A DNA stretch of 64,000 nucleotides from Alphaproteobacteria bacterium (GTDB taxonomy: Bacteria > Pseudomonadota > Alphaproteobacteria > Rs-D84), in the NCBI GenBank assembly GCA_017443235.1, contig JAFSOV010000018.1, positions 11,180 through 75,179 of the forward strand, written 5' to 3'. Position 1 is the first letter of the stretch, and every line of letters begins with the position of its first letter. Positions 28,687 through 39,042 of the stretch are shown here, piece by piece. The notes below the pieces were generated by a model. It was not told the DNA's origin. It did no database searches and was given only the letters and a program-made list of their open reading frames with translations. Position numbers and translations under genes: made by a program.

Positions 28687-29058
28687 TTATTTATCATATC
28701 GTGCCGGAACAGAACCGCAAAAATTACGAACAATTTGCAATACACCCAACATATCTTGTTTAACGTCTTTATCATATATATGCAAAACACGCAACCCCAA
28801 AGAACGCAAGTAATTATCACGCCGTGCATCGTATTCATACTTATTATTATGCGTAGAACCATCTATTTCTATCACAACATTCAATCGCGCACAGAAAAAA
28901 TCGACTATATAATTTCCGATAACTTTTTGACGATAAAAATCCAATCCATCAAGTTTTTTATTTTTTACTTCGTTCCAAAACAGAATTTCAGACAGCGTAG
29001 AATTTTTACGCAACCAACGTGCACGCTCGGTTAAAGATTTATTCATCGGTAATGACAT
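28687..29058 (-). CDS. DUF559 / Vsr-like (PD-(D/E)XK) endonuclease domain protein
   Basis: RAR.LRKNST..E..W, FYRQKVIGNYIVDF, VIEIDGSTH, D.RRD.YL..LG.RVL. Confidence 0.9.
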   Translation of the reverse strand: MSLPMNKSLTERARWLRKNSTLSEILFWNEVKNKKLDGLDFYRQKVIGNYIVDFFCARLNVVIEIDGSTHNNKYEYDARRDNYLRSLGLRVLHIYDKDVKQDMLGVLQIVRNFCGSVPARYDK

Positions 29059-29107
29059 ACCGGAATAATAATAAAATTTCTATCAAAAGCAAATATTCCA
29101 GATAACA

Positions 29108-29254
29108 AAGTCCCCTTCACATCGTGAAGGGGGGGACCGCGGGACGCGGTGGGGTAGAACCGGGCGCGTATGCGCCGTCGCCATGGGCGACAACAACTAC
29201 CCCGCCACCGCTGGTGGCCCTCCCCTTCTTTATAAGAAGGGGACTTCGCGACGG
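29108..29254. repeat. REP-like doublet, direct repeat of 28528-28675
   Basis: AAGTCCCCTTCACAT.GTGAAGGGGGGGACCGCGGGACGCGGTGGGGTAGAACCGGGCGCGTATGCGC...AACTACCCC...CCCCTTCTT.ATAAGAAGGGGA.TTCGCGACGG in both copies. Confidence 0.9.
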
Positions 29255-29276
29255 AAATAATTATGAAAGAAAAAAC

Positions 29277-30008
29277 TTAATATCGCCCCCACCGCGCCTG
29301 GGCATTCTGTCTATCAAAATCCGATTTTGCGCCCCTAATTTTTAATTGCAAATTTTTGACACACGACTGTATGTCCGTTTTATTCATACTACTTACCCTG
29401 GATTTACTGCAAACCGCCTCCAAACAATTAGTGTTCGTTCCACACATATCATAGCCTTTCATAATCGCCAAATCATTATCTAACTGTTTTCTGGCATTGG
29501 TTATATCTTTTTCTGCGGCTGATGAAATTTTAGATAAATTCCGTGCCACACAATCATAGGCGTTTTCTTGACTTACCGCATAGCAATCTTCGGCATTCGC
29601 CAATCCATTGTTGTTATACGAACCGGATGCACCGCCGCCGGAATTGCCGGATGCGGAATTACCGGTCAGGACCTCGATTTTACTGGTCAAGACGGCCTTT
29701 TCTAACTGGGTTTTGAAACGTTTAATAATGGCGTTCAGCGCATCATATTGTTCTTTTAACTGTTGCGCGATTACGGTAGATTTCAACGCAATAACTTCAT
29801 TCATATATGCAATATCTTCCGCATTTGTCGGATTTGCCGGCAAACCATCAGCCTTAAACGCTACATTATGCGCATGCGTTGAGCACAATGCAAAAGCCGG
29901 ATTGAATACAGCACATTCTGCATCAACCGTAGTAGCATGCGCAACAACCGGCGTCCAAAACATTAACACTCCAAATATAACAGCAAAAATTTTTCCCTTA
30001 TATTCCAC
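29277..30008 (-). CDS. Cys-containing exported helical protein
   Basis: GTG start after GGGG; signal peptide ending AHA; coiled-coil segments. Confidence 0.75.
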   Translation of the reverse strand: MEYKGKIFAVIFGVLMFWTPVVAHATTVDAECAVFNPAFALCSTHAHNVAFKADGLPANPTNAEDIAYMNEVIALKSTVIAQQLKEQYDALNAIIKRFKTQLEKAVLTSKIEVLTGNSASGNSGGGASGSYNNNGLANAEDCYAVSQENAYDCVARNLSKISSAAEKDITNARKQLDNDLAIMKGYDMCGTNTNCLEAVCSKSRVSSMNKTDIQSCVKNLQLKIRGAKSDFDRQNAQARWGRY

Positions 30009-31887
30009 TAATACCCCCGCTAATATTTATAATGTCTTTGACATTTTTTTGGAAAAATGAATTTGATGATTCAATATCAACCTGACATTTCGGCGTTGCG
30101 TAAATATCCCATTTACATCCATCCTTACACAAACTAGGAATCGTGATGTTATAACACTTCACCTCTGCGACCGCGGAATTTCTAAGCATTTCCGCTTCTT
30201 CCTCACCAATATTAGAACCAACTTTGTTTGATATAAATGTATTCGCCCATGTTTGCCCAGTAGTAATTTTAGTATCAAACTTAGGTAATTCAATATTTGT
30301 ACCCTCAATATCAGGCAACCTGTCTTCATTCGTATAACATAACACATCCGTCGCCGTACCATTGCTTGAAGTTTTGGTCGGCAATTTGCGCGAATCTACC
30401 GTTCGGGCCAATATATCGTATTGTGGCGACCCTTGGGTGACCGCACATCTGTCCAACCAACATGCCTTTTCTGGTTTGCCATCCAAAACAAATTTACCGC
30501 CATCCATTTTACCACGACACGACCGCGAATCTTGGTTTACCAACCGGCGCAGGTTATCGATATCCAACGTTGCCTCTTTCTTCATTCCACGGAACAACGA
30601 TATATCCATAATAACATCGGATGCACATGCAACCTGGGTCGAACCGGTCATACCCGTATTCGCATCAATCCATTCGCGCCATACGGTATCTTTTTCCGTT
30701 AATGTATCAACCAAACGACAATGCGGTTGATTTTTTGATACTTTACCCGTCGCATCATCTGTTTTAACACGATAATAACAACCTTCATCATTTTTTGTAT
30801 CATTACATACACAATCAGCATCTTTTTTCGGATTGCATGCACTGCACATATATTTACCCCAAATGTTGCAAGAATTAGACAACAACATTATCACGTCGTT
30901 GACATCTATACCCAATGTCATGGCCAACATCAACGCGTCATAGACGTTTTCCACCACGTTTTCATACGGGTCAAAGAATTCATTTGCCAAATCTTTGAAT
31001 TTTTTCACGCGCTTTGGCCCCGTGCAGTTCGTCGCCGACGAGTCACAGCCCGCATATTCCAAAACCGCATCTAATTTAGTTTTCAAATCTTTCATTGCGG
31101 TCATTGCGTCTTCAATCGCGGTTTCGATTTTACCGCCCATTTGTTCGCGTACCAAAATATCGGCACTGATTCCGTTTTTCGCCGCCAATTGTTCCGCGAC
31201 ACCTAACCCCTCCAGTCCCGCAATCACCGCCCCCGTATCACCGGTCGATTGTGCTGCGGACACGTTTGCCATAGAATTGCGTTGTTCCGCCAATGCGCTT
31301 TGAATCTGGGCATTTTGCGATTCGGTCTGTGCCGCCATTTGTTGTTGCATTGCGGACATAGATTCCGCCATTTGTTCCTGCATTGCCGCCATTTGCGCCT
31401 GCATCTGTTGCATCTGGGCATTGCTTTGCGCCGCGGCGGCGGCGGATGCATCGGCCTGGGCCTGCGCCTGGGCCTGGGCGATTGCAACGGCATTTGCCTG
31501 CTCTTGGACCTTGGACGTAGATTGCGCAACAATTTGCGCGGTTATATATTCAATTAAATCGTCACCGTGTTTCTTGCACGAATTATTCGAATTCACGCAA
31601 CCCGCAACAATAGAACGCGCAACCGATACATCGGTACAGCCCGAACCACACTTTGGCGATGCACACCGCAAAATCACGGCGTTACAATTGCCAAAATTCG
31701 CCTCGGCCGCGGTCTGCGACATTCCGCCACGTCCGGTCATCAAAGTGTTCCATTGATTGTTGTTCGTTGAACCCGTACCGTGATATGCGGTCAAATTAGA
31801 CCCCGCCGTTGTGGCAACATTCGCCACCGCCGGCGTAATAAACGCGGCACACAAAACACCACACAAGAATTTCAAAGAAAAATTCAT
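29998..31887 (-). CDS. Cys-rich exported protein with Gln/Ala/Met-rich coiled coil
   Basis: Start moved to MNFSLKF (31887); signal peptide ending AVA; AQAQAQ...QMQQMQ segment; many Cys. Confidence 0.8.
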   Translation of the reverse strand: MNFSLKFLCGVLCAAFITPAVANVATTAGSNLTAYHGTGSTNNNQWNTLMTGRGGMSQTAAEANFGNCNAVILRCASPKCGSGCTDVSVARSIVAGCVNSNNSCKKHGDDLIEYITAQIVAQSTSKVQEQANAVAIAQAQAQAQADASAAAAAQSNAQMQQMQAQMAAMQEQMAESMSAMQQQMAAQTESQNAQIQSALAEQRNSMANVSAAQSTGDTGAVIAGLEGLGVAEQLAAKNGISADILVREQMGGKIETAIEDAMTAMKDLKTKLDAVLEYAGCDSSATNCTGPKRVKKFKDLANEFFDPYENVVENVYDALMLAMTLGIDVNDVIMLLSNSCNIWGKYMCSACNPKKDADCVCNDTKNDEGCYYRVKTDDATGKVSKNQPHCRLVDTLTEKDTVWREWIDANTGMTGSTQVACASDVIMDISLFRGMKKEATLDIDNLRRLVNQDSRSCRGKMDGGKFVLDGKPEKACWLDRCAVTQGSPQYDILARTVDSRKLPTKTSSNGTATDVLCYTNEDRLPDIEGTNIELPKFDTKITTGQTWANTFISNKVGSNIGEEEAEMLRNSAVAEVKCYNITIPSLCKDGCKWDIYATPKCQVDIESSNSFFQKNVKDIINISGGISGI

Positions 31888-32012
31888 CTCTCTTCTGTCT
31901 TTTGATTTTAACATAAAACACCGATGAATAAAAGAAAAATTTTTCATCAAACACAAAAAAACGCGGGGCATTTGCCCCGCGCACGAATCAAATCACACAA
32001 TCTATTAAAAAA

Positions 32013-32333
32013 TTAATAGTTGCAGCGGTTGCATGTGTTGCGAACAACACGGCGTTCTGCATATGTGCCCGCCGGTTCATACACAGTCACCGGACGATAG
32101 ACTTGGTAATGGTCAATCACTTCGGTGTGTGTTTTAACGCGAACAGGTTGTGCACAAGAATTGCATGTCGCAACCGGGGCAGAGACACGCGCAACCGGTG
32201 CCGCATATTCTGTTGTGTTGTAACGAACGCGGTTTGTGTATGTTTCTGTTTCGCTGTACAGACCACCATCAGATGCATTAGCAGCAACAGAGACCATCGC
32301 AGCAAACAAAGAAGTTAAAATTGTTTTTTTCAT
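32013..32333 (-). CDS. Small exported hypothetical protein
   Basis: MKKTILTSLFAAMVSVAANA signal peptide. Confidence 0.75.
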   Translation of the reverse strand: MKKTILTSLFAAMVSVAANASDGGLYSETETYTNRVRYNTTEYAAPVARVSAPVATCNSCAQPVRVKTHTEVIDHYQVYRPVTVYEPAGTYAERRVVRNTCNRCNY

Positions 32334-32450
32334 ATTTGACCCTTTTGGTTATTCGTCAATATTATAGGACACAAAAATTCGTTGTCAAGTTTATTTGACA
32401 AATTTTTTTATTGGTGCTTTTTGGATCAAAAATCAACATTTACCAAATTA

Positions 32451-32684
32451 TTATTTCGTGTTTGGGCGCCCCATATGAAACAATTTTGCAGAATCTATCT
32501 GCGAAATGGTGTCCATTGCCTTTTCGGTCGCGGCCCGCTTTCTGTCTGCACGGTCCATGCGACATCCCCGCACAAGCATCAAACCAACCAAACCTAAATA
32601 AATCGCCAGAATTATTAAAGCAGCGCGAGGATTACTGGGCATTTTTTCTGGGTCAAAATCCCCGCATTCACCACTTGGCAACAT
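32451..32684 (-). CDS. Small hypothetical membrane protein
   Basis: AAGGAG RBS before MLPSGE; one TM helix. Confidence 0.5.
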   Translation of the reverse strand: MLPSGECGDFDPEKMPSNPRAALIILAIYLGLVGLMLVRGCRMDRADRKRAATEKAMDTISQIDSAKLFHMGRPNTK

Positions 32685-32748
32685 TTTCACTCCTTTTTTA
32701 CAGTTACACAACCAACAAAAAAGTCCGTCAAAAAGACGGACCAATCAA

Positions 32749-33126
32749 TTACACACGACGAACTTTCTTGGGACGGCACCCATTATGCGGAATTCGTGTT
32801 GTATCGGTAATACTCTGCACCACCAGGCCGGCATTTGCCAAACCACGAACGGCGGATTCACGACCCTGGCCAATCCCGCGCATAAGGACGTCAACCGTTT
32901 TCATGCCCATTTCGGCAACCCGCTTGCCAACAGCGTCTGCAACAACCGTCGCGGCATATGGGGTCGATTTCTTGGCACCTTTGAAATTATTTGCGCCTGC
33001 GGTTGCCCATGTCAACACGGCACCCGATTGATCAGTAATTGTTATACGTGTGTTATTGTTCGTGGCAACGATATGTGCGATGCCATGTGATACTTTTTTA
33101 ACAACTTTCTTTTTATTTATTGCCAT
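32749..33126 (-). CDS. rpsK: 30S ribosomal protein S11
   Basis: NNT.ITITD, KKSTPYAA, PHNGCRP. Confidence 0.97.
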   Translation of the reverse strand: MAINKKKVVKKVSHGIAHIVATNNNTRITITDQSGAVLTWATAGANNFKGAKKSTPYAATVVADAVGKRVAEMGMKTVDVLMRGIGQGRESAVRGLANAGLVVQSITDTTRIPHNGCRPKKVRRV

Positions 33127-33191
33127 TTTTATTTTTTCCTTTTATTAGATGTCTTCAATTAACTATCGTGTTAATCTCTACCCAATGTTTA

Positions 33192-33569
33192 TTATTTACC
33201 CTTGACCGCAGAACCCGCGACAACAACACGTTTACCCTTGCGTGTACGCGCATTGGTTTGGGTACGTTGACCGCGGACGGGCAAACGATTACGATGACGA
33301 ATGCCGCGATATGTTTTCAAATCTTGCAAACGTTTGATATTCATTGCGACTTCACGGCGAACATCACCTTCGACCTTGAAGTTTTGTTCGATATAGTTCG
33401 AAATTTTAACAACATCTTCGTCCGTCAGATCTTTCGCACGCAGACCGTCACGCAATTTCAAATCTTTGCAGATTTGGGCGGCCTTGGCCGGACCGATGCC
33501 GTGAATATATTGCAATGCGGCCTCGATACGTTTTTCTGTCGGAATATTTACACCTGCTATACGTGCCAT
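33192..33569 (-). CDS. rpsM: 30S ribosomal protein S13
   Basis: [33 protein letters not shown]. Confidence 0.97.
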   Translation of the reverse strand: MARIAGVNIPTEKRIEAALQYIHGIGPAKAAQICKDLKLRDGLRAKDLTDEDVVKISNYIEQNFKVEGDVRREVAMNIKRLQDLKTYRGIRHRNRLPVRGQRTQTNARTRKGKRVVVAGSAVKGK

Positions 33570-33715
33570 TTTTACTTTTCCTTTTTGTCTTTTGGGGCGA
33601 CCCCGCCCCGCTCTATTCATTCGTTCAACGATTACAACCGTTCGAACGCCTGCTTTTGCCAAATAATTTTATATAAATTATCGCAAAAGTCAAACTTTGT
33701 TTCACATCAACCAAA

Positions 33716-35035
33716 CTAGTTGCGGAAACGCCCTTTCTTTGCGGTGGCGCCCATAACGCCATGATATTGTTTCGCAACCAGATAGGACTGAACCTGGTTC
33801 ATGGTGTCCAAAACAACACCCGCAACGATTAAAACACTGGTTCCGCCAATCATCAACGGCATACCAAAATGAGTATTTAATATGATTGGCACCACACAAA
33901 CCACAATCAAATACAGAACGCCAATCGCCGTGACCCGCGACACCAAAGAATCCAAAAACGTAATTGTCTGTTCACCCGGACGCACCCCCGGAATATAACC
34001 GCCGGCGTTGCGCAGATTATTACTGGTTTCTTCGGAGTTGAACACGACCGCCGTTTGAAAATACGCAAAGAACGCAATCAAAACCGTGTACAAGATAATA
34101 TATGACCACGCACCATACGTAAAGAACGCCATAATATTTTGCACAATCAAATTCTCGCTTTGCGCGAATCGTTGAATAAACGCCGGCAACATCATAATGG
34201 ACGATGCAAACACCGGCCCCATAACGCCCGACATATTAACCTTAATCGGCAAATAAGATGCGTTTGTGTTCACAACGCCGTTCGCCATAACCTGGCGCGG
34301 ATACAGAATCTGGATACGACGCTGGGCCAATTCAAAGAACGCAATCAACGCAACAATACCGACCACGAACGCCAACACCAACGCAATCATCGCCGGCGAC
34401 ATCTGCCCAACCGAACCCAGTGATACGATTTTTGCGATGCCTTCGGGAACCTGGGCAATAATACCCGCGAAAATCAACAGCGATGCGCCCTGGCCTATGC
34501 CACGCGCGGTAATTTGTTCTGCCAACCACATAACAAACACGGTTCCGCCAACCAACGCGATTATCGCAGACAATTCGAATGAAAATCCCGGATTCACAAC
34601 CGCGCGAATACCATTGACCGGCGCCATCATTTCCAACCCGCGCACGACGGCCCAACCTTGGACCACCGCCAATAACACCGCCAAATAACGCGTATATTGA
34701 TTGATTTTAACGCGGCCCGATTCGCCTTCTTTGCGTAAATCGTTCAACGATTTGCTGGTTGCGGTCAACAATTGCAACACGATAGATGCCGAGATATACG
34801 GGAAAATGTTCAACGCCAACACCGACATACGCGACAGCGACCCACCGGTGAACATATCGAACATACCCATCATACCACTGCCTTCGCCCGTGAACAAATG
34901 CAGAACCGCAGACGCATTCACGCCCGGCAACGGAATAAACGACCCAACACGATAAATAATCAACGCCCCCAATGTGAACAGAATACGCTTCTGCAAATCG
35001 GTCAATTTACCAAAATATTTTGATAGAAATTTCAT
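33716..35035 (-). CDS. secY: Preprotein translocase SecY
   Basis: PYISASIVLQLL, IPGVRPG, GGTS.LI; multiple TM helices. Confidence 0.97.
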   Translation of the reverse strand: MKFLSKYFGKLTDLQKRILFTLGALIIYRVGSFIPLPGVNASAVLHLFTGEGSGMMGMFDMFTGGSLSRMSVLALNIFPYISASIVLQLLTATSKSLNDLRKEGESGRVKINQYTRYLAVLLAVVQGWAVVRGLEMMAPVNGIRAVVNPGFSFELSAIIALVGGTVFVMWLAEQITARGIGQGASLLIFAGIIAQVPEGIAKIVSLGSVGQMSPAMIALVLAFVVGIVALIAFFELAQRRIQILYPRQVMANGVVNTNASYLPIKVNMSGVMGPVFASSIMMLPAFIQRFAQSENLIVQNIMAFFTYGAWSYIILYTVLIAFFAYFQTAVVFNSEETSNNLRNAGGYIPGVRPGEQTITFLDSLVSRVTAIGVLYLIVVCVVPIILNTHFGMPLMIGGTSVLIVAGVVLDTMNQVQSYLVAKQYHGVMGATAKKGRFRN

Positions 35036-35067
35036 GGCGCCGTATCTCTTGTTTTAATTCCCATATA

Positions 35068-35526
35068 TTATTTATTTTTAATGCTGCCACCGGCCTTGGT
35101 GATTGCGGCTTCGGCCGCCGCCGACCATTTATCGGCAACAATATTCACCGCCGTTTTGATTTCGCCCTTGGCCAAAACTTTCAGGCCCGACATTGCGCGA
35201 TTCAAGATTTTTGCATCCAACAACGAATCGATTGTAATTGTTTTTTTTGCATCAATTTTGCCCGATGCGATGAATTTTTCAATGTCACCCAAATTGATTG
35301 TGGCATAACGTTTTGCAAACGGATTTGTAAAACCATATTTCGGGAAACGACGCAAAATCGGCATTTGACCACCTTGGAAAGTCGCCTGTTTACGTGAACC
35401 CGCGCGGGCCTTTTGACCCTTGGTTCCACGACCGGCGGTTTTACCATAGCCCGACGCCATACCGCGACCAACGCGTTTGATATCGCGACGTGCACCCAAA
35501 TTATCCATCAAAGCATTTAATTTCAT
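35068..35526 (-). CDS. rplO: 50S ribosomal protein L15
   Basis: RVGRG..SG.GKT.GRG.KGQKAR, GGQMP..RR.PK.GF. Confidence 0.97.
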   Translation of the reverse strand: MKLNALMDNLGARRDIKRVGRGMASGYGKTAGRGTKGQKARAGSRKQATFQGGQMPILRRFPKYGFTNPFAKRYATINLGDIEKFIASGKIDAKKTITIDSLLDAKILNRAMSGLKVLAKGEIKTAVNIVADKWSAAAEAAITKAGGSIKNK

Positions 35527-35602
35527 TTCTTTTACTCCTATGAACCATATATAGTTCGTTTGCGCATGCGGACAAGTATCCGCATACTCGGTTTTATTAA
35601 AT

Positions 35603-35785
35603 TTATTTTTCGACCACGGTCACCAAATGTGAAACCTTGGCAATCATACCACGAATGGATGCATTATCATCCAATTCCGCAGATTTACCAATACGGCCCA
35701 ATCCCAATGCCGCCAAAGTGCGACGTTGTGTTTCCGGACGACCGATAACGCTTTTGATTTGTTTTACAACCAATTTCTTTGCCAT
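35603..35785 (-). CDS. rpmD: 50S ribosomal protein L30
   Basis: Q.KS.IGR, LGL, IRGMI.KV.HLV; position in the operon. Confidence 0.95.
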   Translation of the reverse strand: MAKKLVVKQIKSVIGRPETQRRTLAALGLGRIGKSAELDDNASIRGMIAKVSHLVTVVEK

Positions 35786-35800
35786 TAGCACCACCTTTTG

Positions 35801-36361
35801 TTATTTGTCTTCCGTTGCCGTTTCTTCAACCGGTTTTTTACCGTCACGACCGGCGATAATTTCCGCAACCGTTTTACCACGACGTGCCGCAACCGTTTTC
35901 GGTGAATTCATTTTTGAAAACGCCAAGAACACCGCGCGAATCATATTGTTTGGATTATTCGCGCCTTGGGATTTCACAACGACGTCCTGGACGCCCAGGC
36001 AATCAAACACCGCACGTAAGGCCCCACCCGCGATAATACCGGTACCGGGAACCGCACTGCGCAAAACCAATTTACTGGCCCCGTATTTAACCGCAACATC
36101 GTGATGCAATGTGCGACCTTCTTTCAACGGAACGCGAATCATTTTCGCCTTGGCGGCCTTGGTTGCCTTTTGCACCGCAGATTGGACTTCCAACGCTTTA
36201 CCTTTACCAAAACCAACCTTGCCGGCCTTGTCGCCAACAACGACCAAAGCCGAGAAAGACATATTCTTACCGCCCTTCACAGTTTTCGAAACGCGGTTGA
36301 CAGAAACCAATTTATCTACCAAATTATCTGTCTGTAATTTTTTATCATCAAAACGTGCCAT
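35801..36361 (-). CDS. rpsE: 30S ribosomal protein S5
   Basis: [20 protein letters not shown]. Confidence 0.97.
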   Translation of the reverse strand: MARFDDKKLQTDNLVDKLVSVNRVSKTVKGGKNMSFSALVVVGDKAGKVGFGKGKALEVQSAVQKATKAAKAKMIRVPLKEGRTLHHDVAVKYGASKLVLRSAVPGTGIIAGGALRAVFDCLGVQDVVVKSQGANNPNNMIRAVFLAFSKMNSPKTVAARRGKTVAEIIAGRDGKKPVEETATEDK

Positions 36362-36392
36362 TATATTCTCCGTATATTCTTATAATGTTGTT

Positions 36393-36749
36393 TTATATTC
36401 TAACGCCACCGTTGCGAATCGCTTCGCACAATGCTTTGACGCGACCATGGTAACGATAACCGCCACGATCGAAATAGCAATTATCTGCAATTTTCGCCTT
36501 GACCGCACGTTCTGCGAACGCCTTGCCAACCAATTCTGCACCGGCGATATTCCAACCTTTGCCTTTGAAATCTTTTTCTTTGGAAGATGCCGCACAAATC
36601 GTATGACCTTTGACATCATCAATGGCCTGAATTTCGATATGACGACCACTGCGGAAAACCGACAGGCGGATTTTTCCCGGATTTTTCTTTTTCAACGCAA
36701 CACGTGTCACCAATTTGCGTCTTTCCTGTGTAGATAAATGTTTCAACAT
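36393..36749 (-). CDS. rplR: 50S ribosomal protein L18
   Basis: RLSVFRS, FDRGGYRYHGRVKAL. Confidence 0.96.
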   Translation of the reverse strand: MLKHLSTQERRKLVTRVALKKKNPGKIRLSVFRSGRHIEIQAIDDVKGHTICAASSKEKDFKGKGWNIAGAELVGKAFAERAVKAKIADNCYFDRGGYRYHGRVKALCEAIRNGGVRI

Positions 36750-36796
36750 TTTGTTTTTCCTTTGTTCCAATTTCCGTAACAGCGGAAATTTATTTA

Positions 36797-37348
36797 TTAT
36801 TTCTTTTTGCCTTCTTTGCGGCGAATCTTTTCACCCTTATAGAAGATACCTTTGGCCTTGTACGGGTCCATTTTGCGAATCTTATGAATCTTGTCCGCAA
36901 ATAAGCCGACCGCACATTTGTCATTACCACTGATGGTGAATTCTGTTGGCGCATCACCCATTGTCACGGTCAAACCATCCGGAATTTCCATAACAACATC
37001 ATGCGAAAAACCAACAACCAAAGTGAATTTTTTACCACTGACCGATGCCTTGTAACCAACGCCCTTCATATACATAGGTTTTGAGAATCCCTTAGTCACA
37101 CCTTCGACCGCGTTGCGAATATTGCGGGTCATTGTTCCCCACATTGCGCGCGAATCTTTATCTTCTGCATCTTTGGGTTCAACACAAACCTGGGCGCCTT
37201 CAACCTTGATATTTACCAGGTGAGCATTTTTGGTGTTTAACGGAACGGTCAATTCACCCTTGGGTCCTTTGATGACCAATTTGTCTTCTGCGATTGATGC
37301 AACCACACCATCGCTTAATTTAACTGGATATTTTCCTGCCCTAGACAT
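36797..37348 (-). CDS. rplF: 50S ribosomal protein L6
   Basis: MSR.GK.P, GVGYKA, PYK.KGI.Y, RKEGK. Confidence 0.96.
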   Translation of the reverse strand: MSRAGKYPVKLSDGVVASIAEDKLVIKGPKGELTVPLNTKNAHLVNIKVEGAQVCVEPKDAEDKDSRAMWGTMTRNIRNAVEGVTKGFSKPMYMKGVGYKASVSGKKFTLVVGFSHDVVMEIPDGLTVTMGDAPTEFTISGNDKCAVGLFADKIHKIRKMDPYKAKGIFYKGEKIRRKEGKKK

Positions 37349-37368
37349 AACTTACATCCTTATTTTTA

Positions 37369-37767
37369 TTAGATAACCCGACACAAGACTTCACCGCCGA
37401 CATTCATCAAACGCGCCTTGTGATCTGTCATAACACCATGCGGGGTTGACACAATTGCAACACCCAACCCATTCAAAACCTTTGGCATTTTTGCACTGCC
37501 GGAATAAACACGACGTCCCGGTTTTGACACCACAGAAATTTCTTGGATGGCACCATTACCACCAACATATTTCAACGTGACGACCAAATTAGAACGATGT
37601 TCGTCAATTTCTTGTTTTTGAAAATCTTCGATAAAGCCTTCTTCTTTTAACACAGACAAAACCGCGGCACGCAATTTGCTGTGTGGCAAAGTAATTGTTT
37701 CTTTACCCGCGTTTTGACCGTTACGAATGCGGGCAACCATATCCCCAATCGGGTGTGATAATGACAT
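37369..37767 (-). CDS. rpsH: 30S ribosomal protein S8
   Basis: PI.DM..RIRN, SKPGRRVY, VGGEVLC. Confidence 0.97.
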   Translation of the reverse strand: MSLSHPIGDMVARIRNGQNAGKETITLPHSKLRAAVLSVLKEEGFIEDFQKQEIDEHRSNLVVTLKYVGGNGAIQEISVVSKPGRRVYSGSAKMPKVLNGLGVAIVSTPHGVMTDHKARLMNVGGEVLCRVI

Positions 37768-37821
37768 CTTTTACTCCTATATTCGCCGATTGCATTGTCC
37801 ACAATCGGATTTGTTTTATTT

Positions 37822-38124
37822 TTACCAACTGGACTTACGCACGCCCGGCAATTTACCTTCGGATGCCTGGGTACGAACCTGTTGGCGGCACAGACCGAAC
37901 ATACGTGAATAACCACGCGCACGACCCGTCACCGAACAACGATTATGCAAACGCGTCGGGTTAGAATTACGCGGCAACTTTGCCAATTTCAGCATTGCTT
38001 CCTTGCGTTCTTCTGGGGTCGCGTTCACAGACATTTTTTCTTTGATTGCGGCACGCTTTTTTGCATACTGGGCAACCAATTTTTTACGTCTTTCCTGTTT
38101 GTTTATCAACGCCAATTTAGCCAT
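37822..38124 (-). CDS. rpsN: 30S ribosomal protein S14 (long form)
   Basis: LPRNS..TRL.NRC..TGR.RG, LPGVRKSSW. Confidence 0.96.
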   Translation of the reverse strand: MAKLALINKQERRKKLVAQYAKKRAAIKEKMSVNATPEERKEAMLKLAKLPRNSNPTRLHNRCSVTGRARGYSRMFGLCRQQVRTQASEGKLPGVRKSSW

Positions 38125-38138
38125 TTTTGTCCCTTTTA

Positions 38139-38684
38139 TTATTTCAAAACCAACGGCAGGCCGATTTTGGTCAGCAATGCACGCGCTTCATCATCTGTTT
38201 TCGCGGTTGTGGCAATCACAATGTCCATACCACGAATAGAATCAATTTTATCGATGGAAATTTCCGGGAATATCAAATGTTCTTTGATACCGAACGCATA
38301 GTTTCCACGACCATCAAATTTAGATTTGGACAGACCGCGAAAGTCTTTGACACGCGGCAACGCAACCGTAATCAATTTGTCCAAGAAATCATACATACGT
38401 TTACCACGCAATGTGACCTTGGTTCCAATCGCCTGGCCTTCACGCAAACGATATGTCGCAATAGATTTCTTGGCATGCGTCACAACCGGTTTTTGTGCGG
38501 CAATCGCCGTCAAATCAGTCACCGCCGCATCCAATTTCTTTTTATCCGCAACGGCTTCGCCAACGCCCATATTCAAAACGATTTTGGACAATTTTGGCAC
38601 CGCCAACATATTTTTGTACCCGAATTCTTTGACCAATTCAGGAACAATTTCTTTTTCATAAATTTCACGCAATCTGCTTTGCAT
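38139..38684 (-). CDS. rplE: 50S ribosomal protein L5
   Basis: [24 protein letters not shown]. Confidence 0.97.
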   Translation of the reverse strand: MQSRLREIYEKEIVPELVKEFGYKNMLAVPKLSKIVLNMGVGEAVADKKKLDAAVTDLTAIAAQKPVVTHAKKSIATYRLREGQAIGTKVTLRGKRMYDFLDKLITVALPRVKDFRGLSKSKFDGRGNYAFGIKEHLIFPEISIDKIDSIRGMDIVIATTAKTDDEARALLTKIGLPLVLK

Positions 38685-38724
38685 TTCTTTTTCCTTTTAT
38701 TTCCCGTAACAGCGGGATGTTTTT

Positions 38725-39027
38725 TTATAATTCCGTACCAGATTTTTTGGCAACGCGAACTTTTTTACCCTTTTCCATTTTGTATCCAACACGTGTCGGC
38801 TTTTTGGTTTTTGGATCAACCAACGCAACATTAGATACGTGGATTGGGGCCTCGCGGTCAACGATATGACCCGGCTTATCTTGGGTCGGTTTGACATGCC
38901 ATTTGTGACGGTTGACACCGGCAACAACAACACGGGATTCTGTCGGGCGCGCTTCCAGTACTGCACCTTTGACGCCTTTGTACTTTCCCGAAATAACTAC
39001 GACTTCATCGCCTTTTTTAATTTTCAT
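38725..39027 (-). CDS. rplX: 50S ribosomal protein L24
   Basis: [21 protein letters not shown]. Confidence 0.97.
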   Translation of the reverse strand: MKIKKGDEVVVISGKYKGVKGAVLEARPTESRVVVAGVNRHKWHVKPTQDKPGHIVDREAPIHVSNVALVDPKTKKPTRVGYKMEKGKKVRVAKKSGTEL

Positions 39028-39042
39028 TTTACACGCCTTTTG

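Noticed and set aside
30327-30354. dif/lox-like half-site CATTCGTATAA
   Set aside because: No matching second arm at the right spacing; probably chance.
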